A stretch of 46,347 nt of DNA from a virus (lineage: Duplodnaviria > Caudoviricetes). Shown here piece after piece: positions 14,882 through 24,643 of this stretch. Under the pieces are notes generated by a model. That model searched no databases, was not told the DNA's origin, and saw only the letters and a program-made list of their open reading frames with translations. Position numbers and translations under genes: made by a program. The stretch is from the IMG/VR virus record IMGVR_UViG_3300049142_000025, positions 1 through 46,347 of that record, one strand, 5' to 3'. How positions within the stretch are numbered: position 1 is the stretch's first letter; each line of letters starts with the position of its first letter.

Positions 14882-16513
14882 ATGCCGTGGAAACCGCCGG
14901 AGCCCGGTGCGGTGCCGTCCCTGGGATTCGAGGTCATCGACTGGATCTCGGAGATGCTGGCGGCGCCGGACCGCGGCGACTACGAGCCGTTCCTGCTGTA
15001 CCCGGAACAGGAAGACTTCGTCCTCCGCTACTACGAGATCAACCCCCACACCGGGAAGCGTCGCTTCAGGCGTGGAGTCATCAGCCGGCCGCGCGGCTGG
15101 GGCAAATCACCGTTCCTGGCCGCCTTGGCGATTGTCGAGGCACTCGGCCCAGTGGTCCCGGACGGCTGGGATGCGGACGGGCAGCCGGTGGGAAAGCCGT
15201 GGTCTGAGGTGCGGACGCCGCTGGTGCAGATCGCCGCGGTGTCGGAGACGCAGACCAAGAACACGTGGGCGCCACTGTTGGAGATGCTTCAGGGCCCGGT
15301 GATCGACGCGTACCCGGGGTTGGAGCCGCTGGATACGTTCGTGAATCTGCCGCGGGGGAGGATCGAGCCGATCACGTCGTCGGCCCGGACGGTGAAGGGC
15401 AACAAGCCTGTCTTCGCTGTGCTCGACCAGACCGAAGAGTGGGTGCGGTCGAACAACGGGCTGCGCCTGGCGGAGACGATGCGGATCAACGCCGCGAAGG
15501 TCGGCGGCACCACCATCGAGTCACCCAACGCGTACATCCCGGGCGAGGGGTCGGTTGCCGAGGACTCGGCGGCCTTTTGGACGAAGATCCGCGAAGGGCG
15601 CGCGAAGGATGACGGCCTCTACTACGACCACCGTGAAGCGCCACCCGAAACAGACCTGACAGACCGCCAATCGCTGATCGCTGGGCTCTCGCACACCTAC
15701 GGGGACTCGGCAGATCGCAATGGCGGGCATGTCGACCTGGACACGATCGTGGCGACGATCTGGGATCCGAGCACCGATCCGCAGACATCACGGGCCGACT
15801 TCCTCAATCAGATCACGCACGCCTCCGACTCGTGGATCTCTCAGCCCGAGTGGGCCGGCGTCGCGGCACCGGACAGGGTGGTCGGGCACGGAGAGGAGAT
15901 CGTTCTCGGCTTCGACGGATCCCGCCGCCGCAACCGCGGTGTCACCGACGCCACCGCTCTTGTTGGCTGCCGGGTCTCGGATGGCCACCTCTTCCTTGTG
16001 GACTGCTGGGAACAGCCGGACGGGCCGTTTGGGCGGGAATGGCAGGTGCCCACTGTGGAAGTGCTGGCGAGGGTCGAGGAGGCGTTCCGTGACTACAAGG
16101 TCGTCGGGATGTACGCGGACCCCGCCCGCTGGGAGTCTCACGTCGCGAAGTGGGAGGCCGACCATGGCCGCCGCCTGAAGTTGAAGGCCTCGGCGCAGCA
16201 CCCGATCGAGTGGTGGATGACGGGTGGCCGGTCTCACCAAATCGTGCGGGCACTGGAGAAGTTCCGGTCGAGCGTCGTGGACGGCGAGCTCTCCCACGAC
16301 GGATCGAGCGTCCTGACGCGCCACATTCTCAACGCCCGTCGGCGCGAGTCCCGTAGCGGCATCCAGATCATGAAGGAGCATCCGGACAGCGCGCGGAAGA
16401 TTGACGCCGCCGTGGCCGCGGTTCTCGCCTGGCAATGCCGAGTGGATGCCATGGCTAAGGGGCTCGGCCGTAAGAAGGCCGGCAAGTCGGGACGGGTGGT
16501 GGTGCTGCGGTGA
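14882..16513 (+). CDS. terL: terminase large subunit
   Basis: Walker A RPRGWGKS, Walker B-like AVLDQ, nuclease LGFDGS...DATAL and KIDAAVA. Confidence 0.95.
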   Translation: MPWKPPEPGAVPSLGFEVIDWISEMLAAPDRGDYEPFLLYPEQEDFVLRYYEINPHTGKRRFRRGVISRPRGWGKSPFLAALAIVEALGPVVPDGWDADGQPVGKPWSEVRTPLVQIAAVSETQTKNTWAPLLEMLQGPVIDAYPGLEPLDTFVNLPRGRIEPITSSARTVKGNKPVFAVLDQTEEWVRSNNGLRLAETMRINAAKVGGTTIESPNAYIPGEGSVAEDSAAFWTKIREGRAKDDGLYYDHREAPPETDLTDRQSLIAGLSHTYGDSADRNGGHVDLDTIVATIWDPSTDPQTSRADFLNQITHASDSWISQPEWAGVAAPDRVVGHGEEIVLGFDGSRRRNRGVTDATALVGCRVSDGHLFLVDCWEQPDGPFGREWQVPTVEVLARVEEAFRDYKVVGMYADPARWESHVAKWEADHGRRLKLKASAQHPIEWWMTGGRSHQIVRALEKFRSSVVDGELSHDGSSVLTRHILNARRRESRSGIQIMKEHPDSARKIDAAVAAVLAWQCRVDAMAKGLGRKKAGKSGRVVVLR

Positions 16514-17976
16514 CCCTCTCTATCCCTGAACTTCCGCTGTTGACGCTGTCGGATGACGAGCTTGCGCTGGTCAACATGCTGCGTGCGGACATGCTGCGGG
16601 ATCGGTACGCCCTGCTGTTGCGGGATGCGTATTTCAACGGCGAGCAGCTGGTCCGCGACCTGGGGATCAGCATTCCGCCGCAGCTCAAGGGCCTGCACAC
16701 GGTCATCGGCTGGCCCCGTGTCGGCGTCGAAAGCTTGGAGGAGCGCCTCGACCTGGAGGCGTTCCGGTGGGCGGATGGGGCGAACTCCGCCGAGTTGGCT
16801 GAGATCGCCGACGCGAACGACCTCTTCGACGAGTCGAGCCTGGCGCACCTGGATGCGCTGGTGTACGGCCGCGAGTATCTGGCGATCGGCTCGGGGGATT
16901 GCGGTACGGATGACTGCCCGCCGTTGATCTCGGCGGAGTCGCCGCTGGATATGACGCTGATGTGGGATGCCCGTCTGCGGATGGGTACGGCGGCACTGCG
17001 GGAGTGCGCGGCGGACACGTACATCGAGTCGGGCCCTGAGGAGCGGATGCTGGTTCTGTACCTGCCGGACCAGACGGTGATGTGCCTGCCGAACGCCAGT
17101 GGCGGCTGGGAGGTCATCGACCGAGACATCCATAACCTCGGCGTCGTGCCTGTCGTCAGGATGGCGAACCGTCAGCGGACCGCGGACCGGGTCGGGAAGT
17201 CGGAGATCACTCCGGAGGTCATGAGCATCACGGATGCCGCGTGCCGGCGCTTGATGGGCATGGAGGTGGCGGCCGAGTTCTTCGGCGCCCCCCAGAGGTA
17301 CATTCTCGGCGCTTCCGAGTCGGCGTTTCAGGACGCGGACGGTACGGCGAAGAGCGCGTGGGAGACGTACATCGGCCGCGTGCTCGCCTTGGAGCGGGAC
17401 GAGGATGGTCAGGTTCCTGCTGTCGGTCAGTTCGCAGCCCACGATCCGACGGGCATGACGAAGATCATCGACTTGTATGCGCGGATCATGTCGTCGCAGT
17501 TCGGGCTGCCGCCGCACATGCTCGGCTACACCACCGACAACCCGGCTTCCGCGGATGCGATCCGGTCGACTGAGGCGAAGCTGGTGAAGCGCAGCGAGCG
17601 GCGGATCCGCCGGTTCGGGGCCGCGTGGCAGCAGGCGATGCGGCTCGCTCTATGGGTGCGTGACGGGGAGCCGCCGGACAAGACCCGGCGCATCGAAACC
17701 GTCTGGCGAAACCCGGCAACGCCGACGGTGGCGGCCCAGGTGGACGCCACGGTCAAGCTGGTGCAGGCGGGTGTTCTGCCGGCCGACTCGGATGTCACGT
17801 TGGAGATGGCCGGGTTCACGGAGGCGCAGCGGCAGCGGATTGCTGTGGATCGCCGCCGGGCGAGTTCCGCGGCGGCTGGCAGGTCGCTGTTGGACCGGCT
17901 GGGTTCGCTGGGCGATCAGTCGGCGTCGAGCCTGCCTGACGTCCAGGAGGTGTCTGGTGGCGGCGACGGTCTCTGA
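16510..17976 (+). CDS. portal protein (SPP1 gp6-like)
   Basis: Follows TerL; YFNGEQ, GWPRVGV, NPASADAIR, WRNPATPT motifs. Confidence 0.92.
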   Translation: MTLSIPELPLLTLSDDELALVNMLRADMLRDRYALLLRDAYFNGEQLVRDLGISIPPQLKGLHTVIGWPRVGVESLEERLDLEAFRWADGANSAELAEIADANDLFDESSLAHLDALVYGREYLAIGSGDCGTDDCPPLISAESPLDMTLMWDARLRMGTAALRECAADTYIESGPEERMLVLYLPDQTVMCLPNASGGWEVIDRDIHNLGVVPVVRMANRQRTADRVGKSEITPEVMSITDAACRRLMGMEVAAEFFGAPQRYILGASESAFQDADGTAKSAWETYIGRVLALERDEDGQVPAVGQFAAHDPTGMTKIIDLYARIMSSQFGLPPHMLGYTTDNPASADAIRSTEAKLVKRSERRIRRFGAAWQQAMRLALWVRDGEPPDKTRRIETVWRNPATPTVAAQVDATVKLVQAGVLPADSDVTLEMAGFTEAQRQRIAVDRRRASSAAAGRSLLDRLGSLGDQSASSLPDVQEVSGGGDGL

Positions 17977-18721
17977 TGGGGGCCGCGATCCTGACCGGTA
18001 TCGAGCCGCGCAGCTTGGTCTGACTCGCCTGCTGGTGCGGGATGTGCGGGGGCTACGGCGCCTGATCATTCCGTCGCGATTGCGGGCGTCGATGCCGGAC
18101 TGGTTCGCTGCCGTGCAGGCGGTTGTCGATCAGTATGCGCGTGCGTCGGCCGGGCTGGGTGCCGACTTTTATGACGCTCAGCGGGATGCGGCTGGGGTGT
18201 CTGGCACATTCACGGTGCCGGTCGCGGACCCACCTTCGGAGGAGCAGACGCTGACGAGTCTGCGGTGGGCGACGAAGGACGTGTGGGAACGCGATCCGGA
18301 CGTGGCGACGCCCGCGCAGCTTGAACCGCTGGATACGCGGCTGGAGCAGGCGGAGAAGAAGGCCGGGCAGGTCGCGCAGAAGCTTGTGGCCGACACGGGC
18401 CGGGCGACCGTCATCAACGCGGTTCGCCAGGACTCGCAGGCCACCGCGTGGGCTCGGTCCGCAGCACTCGGCGCTTGCGCCTTCTGCCGCTTGCTCGCAG
18501 CCCGCGGGGCTGTCTATAAGCAAGACACGGTTGATTTCCGCGCACATGACGGTTGTCACTGCATGACCATTCCGGTATTTGCCGGGCAGCGATTCGACCT
18601 GTCCCGCCACGCTGCGGAATGGGAGAAGATCTACCGCGAGGAAGCCGCTCCATATCCCGGAGATCAACTACGCCGTTTCCGGCAGGCTATTGCAGCCCAT
18701 GAGCAGGCAAATGGTAGATAG
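17957..18721 (+). CDS. head morphogenesis/capsid maturation protein (MuF/VG15-like)
   Basis: AGGAGG RBS, GTG; WAR...ACAFCRLLAARGAVY...AHDGCHC. Confidence 0.8.
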   Translation: MAATVSDGGRDPDRYRAAQLGLTRLLVRDVRGLRRLIIPSRLRASMPDWFAAVQAVVDQYARASAGLGADFYDAQRDAAGVSGTFTVPVADPPSEEQTLTSLRWATKDVWERDPDVATPAQLEPLDTRLEQAEKKAGQVAQKLVADTGRATVINAVRQDSQATAWARSAALGACAFCRLLAARGAVYKQDTVDFRAHDGCHCMTIPVFAGQRFDLSRHAAEWEKIYREEAAPYPGDQLRRFRQAIAAHEQANGR

Positions 18722-18790
18722 AATAAAGGAGTTAGGTGAGCCCCGCGACGGGCCAACGTCCGGGGCTCTGGTCGGCTGGTTGGAGCCAAC
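18719..18790 (+). promoter_or_regulatory. TAGAAT -10 box + conserved structured leader (copy C)
   Basis: TAGAAT...GAGCCCCGCGA-CG..CG-TCCGGGGCTC-TGGTC..AAC-ATG. Confidence 0.55.
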
Positions 18791-19567
18791 ATGAGCAACC
18801 GTAGACGACGCCCGCTGAAGCTGTACACCTGCGCATGGTGTGGTGAGCGACGGGCGATCGAAGAGATGCGATACGTCGGGTCAGGCAAGGGCAAGGCGCC
18901 CTCTACGTGCCGCGCGTGTAGAGAAGCGCATCCCAACTTGAGCTGGTGCGATTTCCATGCAGCACCCCACCCGGTCGAACAGTTCATCGCGTACCCGCCG
19001 CCCAGGCCCGGGTATTGGAACGTGTGCAAGTCGGCCTTCACACACATGAGGTCTCAGCGCCAAGGCCACTTGCCGCGCCCCTGTGCATCTTGTGACGAAA
19101 CCCGAGATTCCTGGCTTTTCCGTGGCGGCCGTAACAAGTCCCCGGTTTGCCGCGACTGCGAGGACCGCAACGTAGGGCTTCGATGGTGCGTGGACTGCAA
19201 GGACTGGCTCGCCGAAAGCGTCTTTAACCGGACTGGTCATGACGGGAAGTTCTGGACAGTGCGATGTAAGCCGTGCAAGGCGGCGCATGCGCATGGGACG
19301 TCGGTGGCCGAGATACTCCGCATCCAGGGATCGCGGTTCCCTGAGTGCGCGTCGTGCGGATCGACCGAAGACCTGAAGGTCGATCACGACCACAGTTGCT
19401 GCCCGGCAGCCCAGTCTTCGGGTTGCTGTATTCGCGGCTACCTCTGTCACGAGTGCAACACCGCAGAGGGACTACTGAAGACCCCAGACCGCGCTATCGC
19501 GCTCGCCGCGTACATGCAGCGGATCGCGGAACGAGAAGGCGTGTCAGAGCTGACCGCCATCGCGTAG
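18791..19567 (+). CDS. endonuclease VII-domain protein with multiple Zn fingers (free-standing homing-endonuclease-like)
   Basis: CASC...KVDHDHSCC...IRGYLCHECNTAEG; visibly lower GC3 than neighbours. Confidence 0.85.
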   Translation: MSNRRRRPLKLYTCAWCGERRAIEEMRYVGSGKGKAPSTCRACREAHPNLSWCDFHAAPHPVEQFIAYPPPRPGYWNVCKSAFTHMRSQRQGHLPRPCASCDETRDSWLFRGGRNKSPVCRDCEDRNVGLRWCVDCKDWLAESVFNRTGHDGKFWTVRCKPCKAAHAHGTSVAEILRIQGSRFPECASCGSTEDLKVDHDHSCCPAAQSSGCCIRGYLCHECNTAEGLLKTPDRAIALAAYMQRIAEREGVSELTAIA

Positions 19568-19693
19568 CAGACGGACGCTGAAGCGCCCGTCGGGACCCAA
19601 TGCGGGACCTGACGGGCGCATCGCGTTGCCCAACCCTGGTCGCCCTGGTGGCGGCCTTTCTCATTTCCACAGCCCCTGGAGGGCCGATTCGTC

Positions 19694-20341
19694 ATGCCTG
19701 AAGAGACCGAGCAGACCAGCGAGCAGCAGGAGTCCGGCACCGGGGAGACCGTCGAGGAGACGGCGACCGAGGAGAACGGCACCGACACCGCGGAGGACGC
19801 CCAGGAGGCGGACGCCGGCGGCGAAGACAAGTCGTTCGACCGGAAGAAGTTCGAGGCGGAGCTGCGCAAGAAGAACAGCGAAGCCGCGAACCTCCGAAAG
19901 CGCCTGAAGGAGCTCGAACCGCTGGCGAAGAAGGCCAAGGAGTTCGAGGACGCGCAGAAGTCGGAGACCGAGCGCCTCAACGACCAACTCGCCGCGGCTC
20001 AGGAGCAGATCGCCAAGACCCGGCAGCGGCTCGTCCGCAGCCAGGTTCAGGCACTCGCTGGCACCGCAACCGAGGCGCGGGCGGCGTTCGCTGACCCGGC
20101 TGACGCATTCGGCGAGCTCGACCTCGGCTCGTACATCGACGACTCGGGCGACATCGATGAGACCGCTATCGAGGCGGATCTCCAGGCGCTTTTGGAGCGC
20201 AAGCCGCACTGGGCGAAGACCCAGCCCCAGGAGGGCCCGCGGCGTCCCGCGCCGGACCGCACACAGGCGTCCGGCGCCAACAAGAAGCAGGCCCCCAGCC
20301 CGCGCGATGAGTTCGCCGGGTGGCTGAGTTCGAAGCTGTAG
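19694..20341 (+). CDS. capsid scaffolding protein
   Basis: Acidic N-terminus, coiled coil (KKAKEFEDAQKSETERL); precedes the major capsid gene. Confidence 0.85.
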   Translation: MPEETEQTSEQQESGTGETVEETATEENGTDTAEDAQEADAGGEDKSFDRKKFEAELRKKNSEAANLRKRLKELEPLAKKAKEFEDAQKSETERLNDQLAAAQEQIAKTRQRLVRSQVQALAGTATEARAAFADPADAFGELDLGSYIDDSGDIDETAIEADLQALLERKPHWAKTQPQEGPRRPAPDRTQASGANKKQAPSPRDEFAGWLSSKL

Positions 20342-20362
20342 GGCTTCGGGAGAAGAGACATC

Positions 20363-21319
20363 ATGGCGGTCACCGCCCCCCTGACGCTGTCCAATGTGGA
20401 TGCGTCGCTCCTTCCGCGCACGATCACGGCGCCGATCTTCGAGAAGTCCGTCGAGGCCAGCGCGGTTATGCAGTTGGCCCGTCCGGCGCCGCTGGCCCTG
20501 GACGCCACCACGTCGGTGCCGATCCCGATGGACGTCCCGGTCGCTGACTGGGTTGGCCAGGCGGCGAAGAAGCCGCTCAGCACGGGCGGCGTCGACGTGA
20601 GGCAGATGCAGGCGAAGAAGGTCGCCGTGCTGATCCCGGTCGCCATGGAGGTCGCGAAGACCAACGCGGGCGGCCTGTACGACCAGCTGCAGAAGGATCT
20701 GCCGACGGCGTTCGCGCGGGCCTTCGACCACGCGGCGATCCACGGCAAGACCATGAAGGGCGCCACCGGACCCTTCTCCGAGTACCTGGCCGCTACCTCC
20801 AACAGCGTGGCGCTCGGTACGGCCACGCAGGCGCAGGGTGGCATCTGGGCGGACTTCGTCAACGGCATGGCCGAGGTCGTCGACGATGACTGGGACTACA
20901 CCGGCACGGTCGCGGACCACCGGCTGAAGCCGTCGCTGCTGCTGGCGACGGACACGACGGGCCGGCCGATCCTGGTGGACACGCAGACGCCGGGCACGAA
21001 CATGGCGGCGGCGGGCACCCTGATCGGGGAACCGCTGGCTTACTCCCGCAGCGTGTCGGGTAAGCAGCGCCGGCAGTCGACGTCTTCGGACACGGGGCTG
21101 CGGGCGATCGGCGGCGACTGGTCCCAGGCGGCATATGGGGTCGGAATGGATATTACGGTCCGCATCTCCGACCAGGCCACCTACGTGGACGAGGAGGGTG
21201 GCGTGCACTCCGCGTTCCAGGAGAACCTCGTCCTGATCCTCGCGGAGGCCTACTACGGCTTCGTGATGGGTGACGTGGACGCGTTCGTGAAGTTCACCGG
21301 CACCCCGAGCGGTTCCTGA
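20363..21319 (+). CDS. major capsid protein (HK97 fold)
   Basis: ADWVGQAAKKP, KKVAVLIPV, FARAFDHAAIHG, GDWSQ, FQENLVLILAE. Confidence 0.93.
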   Translation: MAVTAPLTLSNVDASLLPRTITAPIFEKSVEASAVMQLARPAPLALDATTSVPIPMDVPVADWVGQAAKKPLSTGGVDVRQMQAKKVAVLIPVAMEVAKTNAGGLYDQLQKDLPTAFARAFDHAAIHGKTMKGATGPFSEYLAATSNSVALGTATQAQGGIWADFVNGMAEVVDDDWDYTGTVADHRLKPSLLLATDTTGRPILVDTQTPGTNMAAAGTLIGEPLAYSRSVSGKQRRQSTSSDTGLRAIGGDWSQAAYGVGMDITVRISDQATYVDEEGGVHSAFQENLVLILAEAYYGFVMGDVDAFVKFTGTPSGS

Positions 21320-22350
21320 TGGCGAGGGCTGTCCCGGCTTCCGCGCCGGGCGGGGCAGCCAAGCCCCTGAAGATCGTCGCCAGGGTTCATGCGATGCCAC
21401 CGGAGCACAACGCGGGCGCCGAGCACATGCTCGTGTCGATGCTGCGTCCTCTGGTGGAGCGCGGGCACGACGTGTCCGTGTGGCTGTCCCGCTACGGCAA
21501 GGCCCACAAGGAGTACGAGTACCGCGGCATCAAGGTCGTCCCGCTGGAGTCGCGGCTGGACTTTTCGGGGGCGGTCCGCAGGGCGAATGTTCTGCTGGCC
21601 CACCTGGAGACGGTCCCGTCTACGGCGTCCTTGGCCCGCGGCTTCGGTAAGCCGCTGGTGGTGGTCTGTCACAACACGCACCGGCCGACATTCCGCGACA
21701 TGGCTGCAGGCGGCACATCGCTGGCGGTCTACAACTCGCAGTGGATGGAGCGGGAGGCGGAACTCTTCTTCGCCGAGTACCCGAAGTCCATCCAGCCCGC
21801 GTCCAGCATGATCGTGCGTCCGCCGGTGTTCGCCGACGAGTATGCGACGAAGCCCGGCAAGGCCATCACGCTGATCAACTGCAATCCGGAGAAGGGCGGC
21901 AAGGTGCTCGACGCGCTGGCCCGCCGCATGCCGGATCAGCAGTTCCTCGCTGTGAAGGGCGCCTACGGCGAGCAGATCCTCCCCGACCTGCCCAACGTCG
22001 AGATCGTCGAACATGTGCGCGGCGAGGACATGCGGGAGCGGGTGTACGGCCGCACGAAGGTGCTGCTGATGCCGTCCTCGTATGAGTCGTGGGGCCGGGC
22101 CGGGGTCGAGGCGTTGGCGAGTGGCATTCCCGTTGTGGCGCATCCGACGCCGGGTCTCACGGAGTCTCTCGGTGAGGCCGGGGTGTTCGTGGACCGCGAG
22201 GATATCGCCGGCTATGAGGCGGTGCTGCGGAAGCTGCTGACGGCTGCGGAGTACCGGCTGGCCAGTAAGCGGGCGAAGGCCCGGTCTGGCGAGCTTGATC
22301 CGGCTGCCGATCTGGCCGCCTGGTGCGCTGCTGTGGAGTCTCTGGCCTGA
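21319..22350 (+). CDS. glycosyltransferase, GT-B fold (GT4-like)
   Basis: AGAEHML...LVERGHDVSV; LLMPSSYESWGRAGVEALASGIPVV (E-x7-E motif). Confidence 0.9.
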   Translation: MARAVPASAPGGAAKPLKIVARVHAMPPEHNAGAEHMLVSMLRPLVERGHDVSVWLSRYGKAHKEYEYRGIKVVPLESRLDFSGAVRRANVLLAHLETVPSTASLARGFGKPLVVVCHNTHRPTFRDMAAGGTSLAVYNSQWMEREAELFFAEYPKSIQPASSMIVRPPVFADEYATKPGKAITLINCNPEKGGKVLDALARRMPDQQFLAVKGAYGEQILPDLPNVEIVEHVRGEDMRERVYGRTKVLLMPSSYESWGRAGVEALASGIPVVAHPTPGLTESLGEAGVFVDREDIAGYEAVLRKLLTAAEYRLASKRAKARSGELDPAADLAAWCAAVESLA

Positions 22351-22359
22351 GGAGGGGTT

Positions 22360-22773
22360 GTGGCGTTCATTCCTCCTACCGCCGAGCAGTTGGGCCTCTA
22401 CCTGGGGCTTAGTGAGATCGACGGCAATCGGGCGGATCTACTGATCGAGACGGCAATCCAGCTGTGTCAGACGATTGTGAAGCCGTTGCCGGAGGGCGCG
22501 GAGGCGGTCGTCCTGTCGGTTGCCAGCCGGGCCTATGTGAATCCGCAGCAGGTGTCTTACGAGACGATCGGCCCCATGTCGGTGCAGCGTCCGTCCGGTT
22601 CGGGCGGCCTGTATCTGACGAAGAACGACAAGGCCGCCCTCAAGTCGCTGGCGGGCCGCGGCGGGGCGTTCACGGTCGATCCGACGCCCGCGTCGGCGGA
22701 TCCGTCGCCGACGTGGCCGATCGACGATGCCGGATTCGCGGACGAGTTCGAGCCCGGCTGGGGGTACGGCTGA
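22360..22773 (+). CDS. head-tail adaptor
   Basis: GAGGAG RBS; VASRAYVNP...ETIGP...GGLYLT; position. Confidence 0.8.
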   Translation: MAFIPPTAEQLGLYLGLSEIDGNRADLLIETAIQLCQTIVKPLPEGAEAVVLSVASRAYVNPQQVSYETIGPMSVQRPSGSGGLYLTKNDKAALKSLAGRGGAFTVDPTPASADPSPTWPIDDAGFADEFEPGWGYG

Positions 22774-23141
22774 TGCCGGCACCGGCGCCGTACCCGTTCG
22801 GGGAGACGGTGGTCAGGCTCCGTCGCGGGCCGTCGCCGGGCCGTGATCCACGCGGGCAGCCGATTCCGGGCCCGCTGGTGGAGACGCCTATCGCGGGTGT
22901 CGTGGTGACGCCCCGGCAGGAGTCGCCTCAGGTGGGCGGTGAGCAGCAGCAGGACCGGGACACGGTGATCGTCGGCTGGACGGTCTACGACCCGAGCGGG
23001 ACTGTATGGCTCACCACGGACCAGGTGAGGATCCGCGGCGTGGTTTGCGGCATCACGGGCGAGCCGGGCGACTGGGGTCGCTCCCCGTTCACGGGGGCCC
23101 GTGGTGTGGTCCAGTTCGCCGCCGACCGTGTTACCGGCTGA
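22773..23141 (+). CDS. head-closure (stopper) protein
   Basis: TGATG overlap; GETVVRLR...DQVRIRG...GEPGDW..PFTG. Confidence 0.78.
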   Translation: MPAPAPYPFGETVVRLRRGPSPGRDPRGQPIPGPLVETPIAGVVVTPRQESPQVGGEQQQDRDTVIVGWTVYDPSGTVWLTTDQVRIRGVVCGITGEPGDWGRSPFTGARGVVQFAADRVTG

Positions 23142-23159
23142 CCGGGAGGGCGGTGGATT

Positions 23160-23489
23160 GTGCCTGCCAGGTTCAAGATGAAGCGCAAGGGCGTCGGGCA
23201 GATGCTTCGCATGCCGGGCATGCAGGCGGAGATGCTGCGCCGCGCCGACGTCATCAAGGGCGTCGCGGTTGCCTTGTCCCCAGTTGACGAGTCGAGCCCG
23301 AATCCTGGCCACTACCAGCGGTCGTGGGAGACGGACAGCACAAGCCGTGGCGGCCGGCGTCGTGACCGGGCGGTCGGCTACGTCCGCAACACGGCCTACT
23401 ACGCCCGCTGGGTGGAGTACGGCACGGAGAAGGTTCCGGCCCACCACGTGCTGCTGCGGGCAGCCCAGTTGGGCGGGCGGAACCAGTGA
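23160..23489 (+). CDS. HK97 gp10-like neck/tail-completion protein
   Basis: SPVD...GHYQRSW...YARWVEYGT. Confidence 0.8.
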   Translation: MPARFKMKRKGVGQMLRMPGMQAEMLRRADVIKGVAVALSPVDESSPNPGHYQRSWETDSTSRGGRRRDRAVGYVRNTAYYARWVEYGTEKVPAHHVLLRAAQLGGRNQ

Positions 23490-23878
23490 CCGCCCTCGTC
23501 GACATCGAACTAGAGCTGATCACCCGCGGCACGGCCCGGTTCCCTGACGCGGTGGTGCGGGACGAGCTCGACAACAACCTGCTGAACGAGCTGCCAACGA
23601 TCCAAATCCAGCAGATCCCCGGCGGCGACGACGACGGCCTGAAGCTCAGTCGGCCCCTCGTCGACATCGATGTGTACGCCGCGACCAGAGCTGACGCGAT
23701 CACCCTGGCCGCGGCGGTCCACGAATGGGTCACCAAGGAACTTCGAGGCTCGACCAGCGCCACGGCGGTCATCGGCCGCACGAAGGGCCTGACGCTTCCC
23801 GCGCCGAGGCCTTACGAGAACACCGCCCTGCGCCGTGTCGGGGCGACCTACGAAATCTTCTGCCACCCGGTCTCCTGA
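23486..23878 (+). CDS. tail terminator protein
   Basis: IQQIPGG...PLVDIDVYA; position before the major tail gene. Confidence 0.78.
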   Translation: MTALVDIELELITRGTARFPDAVVRDELDNNLLNELPTIQIQQIPGGDDDGLKLSRPLVDIDVYAATRADAITLAAAVHEWVTKELRGSTSATAVIGRTKGLTLPAPRPYENTALRRVGATYEIFCHPVS

Positions 23879-23949
23879 CCGGGCTTTGGGCCCGCGCCAG
23901 CCCCTTCAACACCCGCCCGTGCGCGGGCTCTTCCATGTCTGGAGACATC

Positions 23950-24537
23950 ATGGTCAACATCACCCGCGCCGCGGATCTCGCCCTGGTGGGCGCGAATGGC
24001 GGCGTCTGGGTGGCGCCGGTGGGCGCCACTTCGCCTGCGTCGCCGCTTGTTCAGCCTGTCTCTCCGTGGGAGCCGTTGGGTGCTCTGTCTGATGACGGCC
24101 TCACCTACGGCTTCGACGAGGACTCGCAGGAGTTCACCCCGTGGGGTTTGACGAGTCCGTTTAGGACCCAAATAACCAAATCTGTCCGGACGTTCGGGTT
24201 CACGGTGTGGGAAACGTCCCGGGTCGTCGTGCAGTCGCTGCAGTACCGGCTGGATGCGGCAGATCTGGTCCCGGACGGGGACGGCCTGACGAAGTACGCG
24301 GAGACGGCCAGCCCCGTCCCGGACCGTCGCGCGTTCTGGTTCCTGGTGATCGACGGCGACGCCTACAAGGGCTTCTACGTCCCCCAGGGCGAGATCAACG
24401 ACCGCTCCGACGTGACGTTCAAGCAGGACGAGATGTCGGGCTACGAGTGGACGATCACCACGTACCCGGACGACGAGGGCAACACGGTCTACCACGTCGA
24501 CAAGGTGCCTGCGACCCCGGCCTACTCGGGATCCTGA
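23950..24537 (+). CDS. major tail protein
   Basis: GGAG RBS; WEPLGALSDDGLT...YEWTITTYPD. Confidence 0.88.
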   Translation: MVNITRAADLALVGANGGVWVAPVGATSPASPLVQPVSPWEPLGALSDDGLTYGFDEDSQEFTPWGLTSPFRTQITKSVRTFGFTVWETSRVVVQSLQYRLDAADLVPDGDGLTKYAETASPVPDRRAFWFLVIDGDAYKGFYVPQGEINDRSDVTFKQDEMSGYEWTITTYPDDEGNTVYHVDKVPATPAYSGS

Positions 24538-24643
24538 GACGGGCGGGCGGGCCGTAGGCACCTGCTGGTGCCGACCGTTGGCGCGGGCCCGGCCCGCCCG
24601 CCCCCAATTCTGTGTCCGCGCCGCGAGATAGGGAGCCCGCGCC

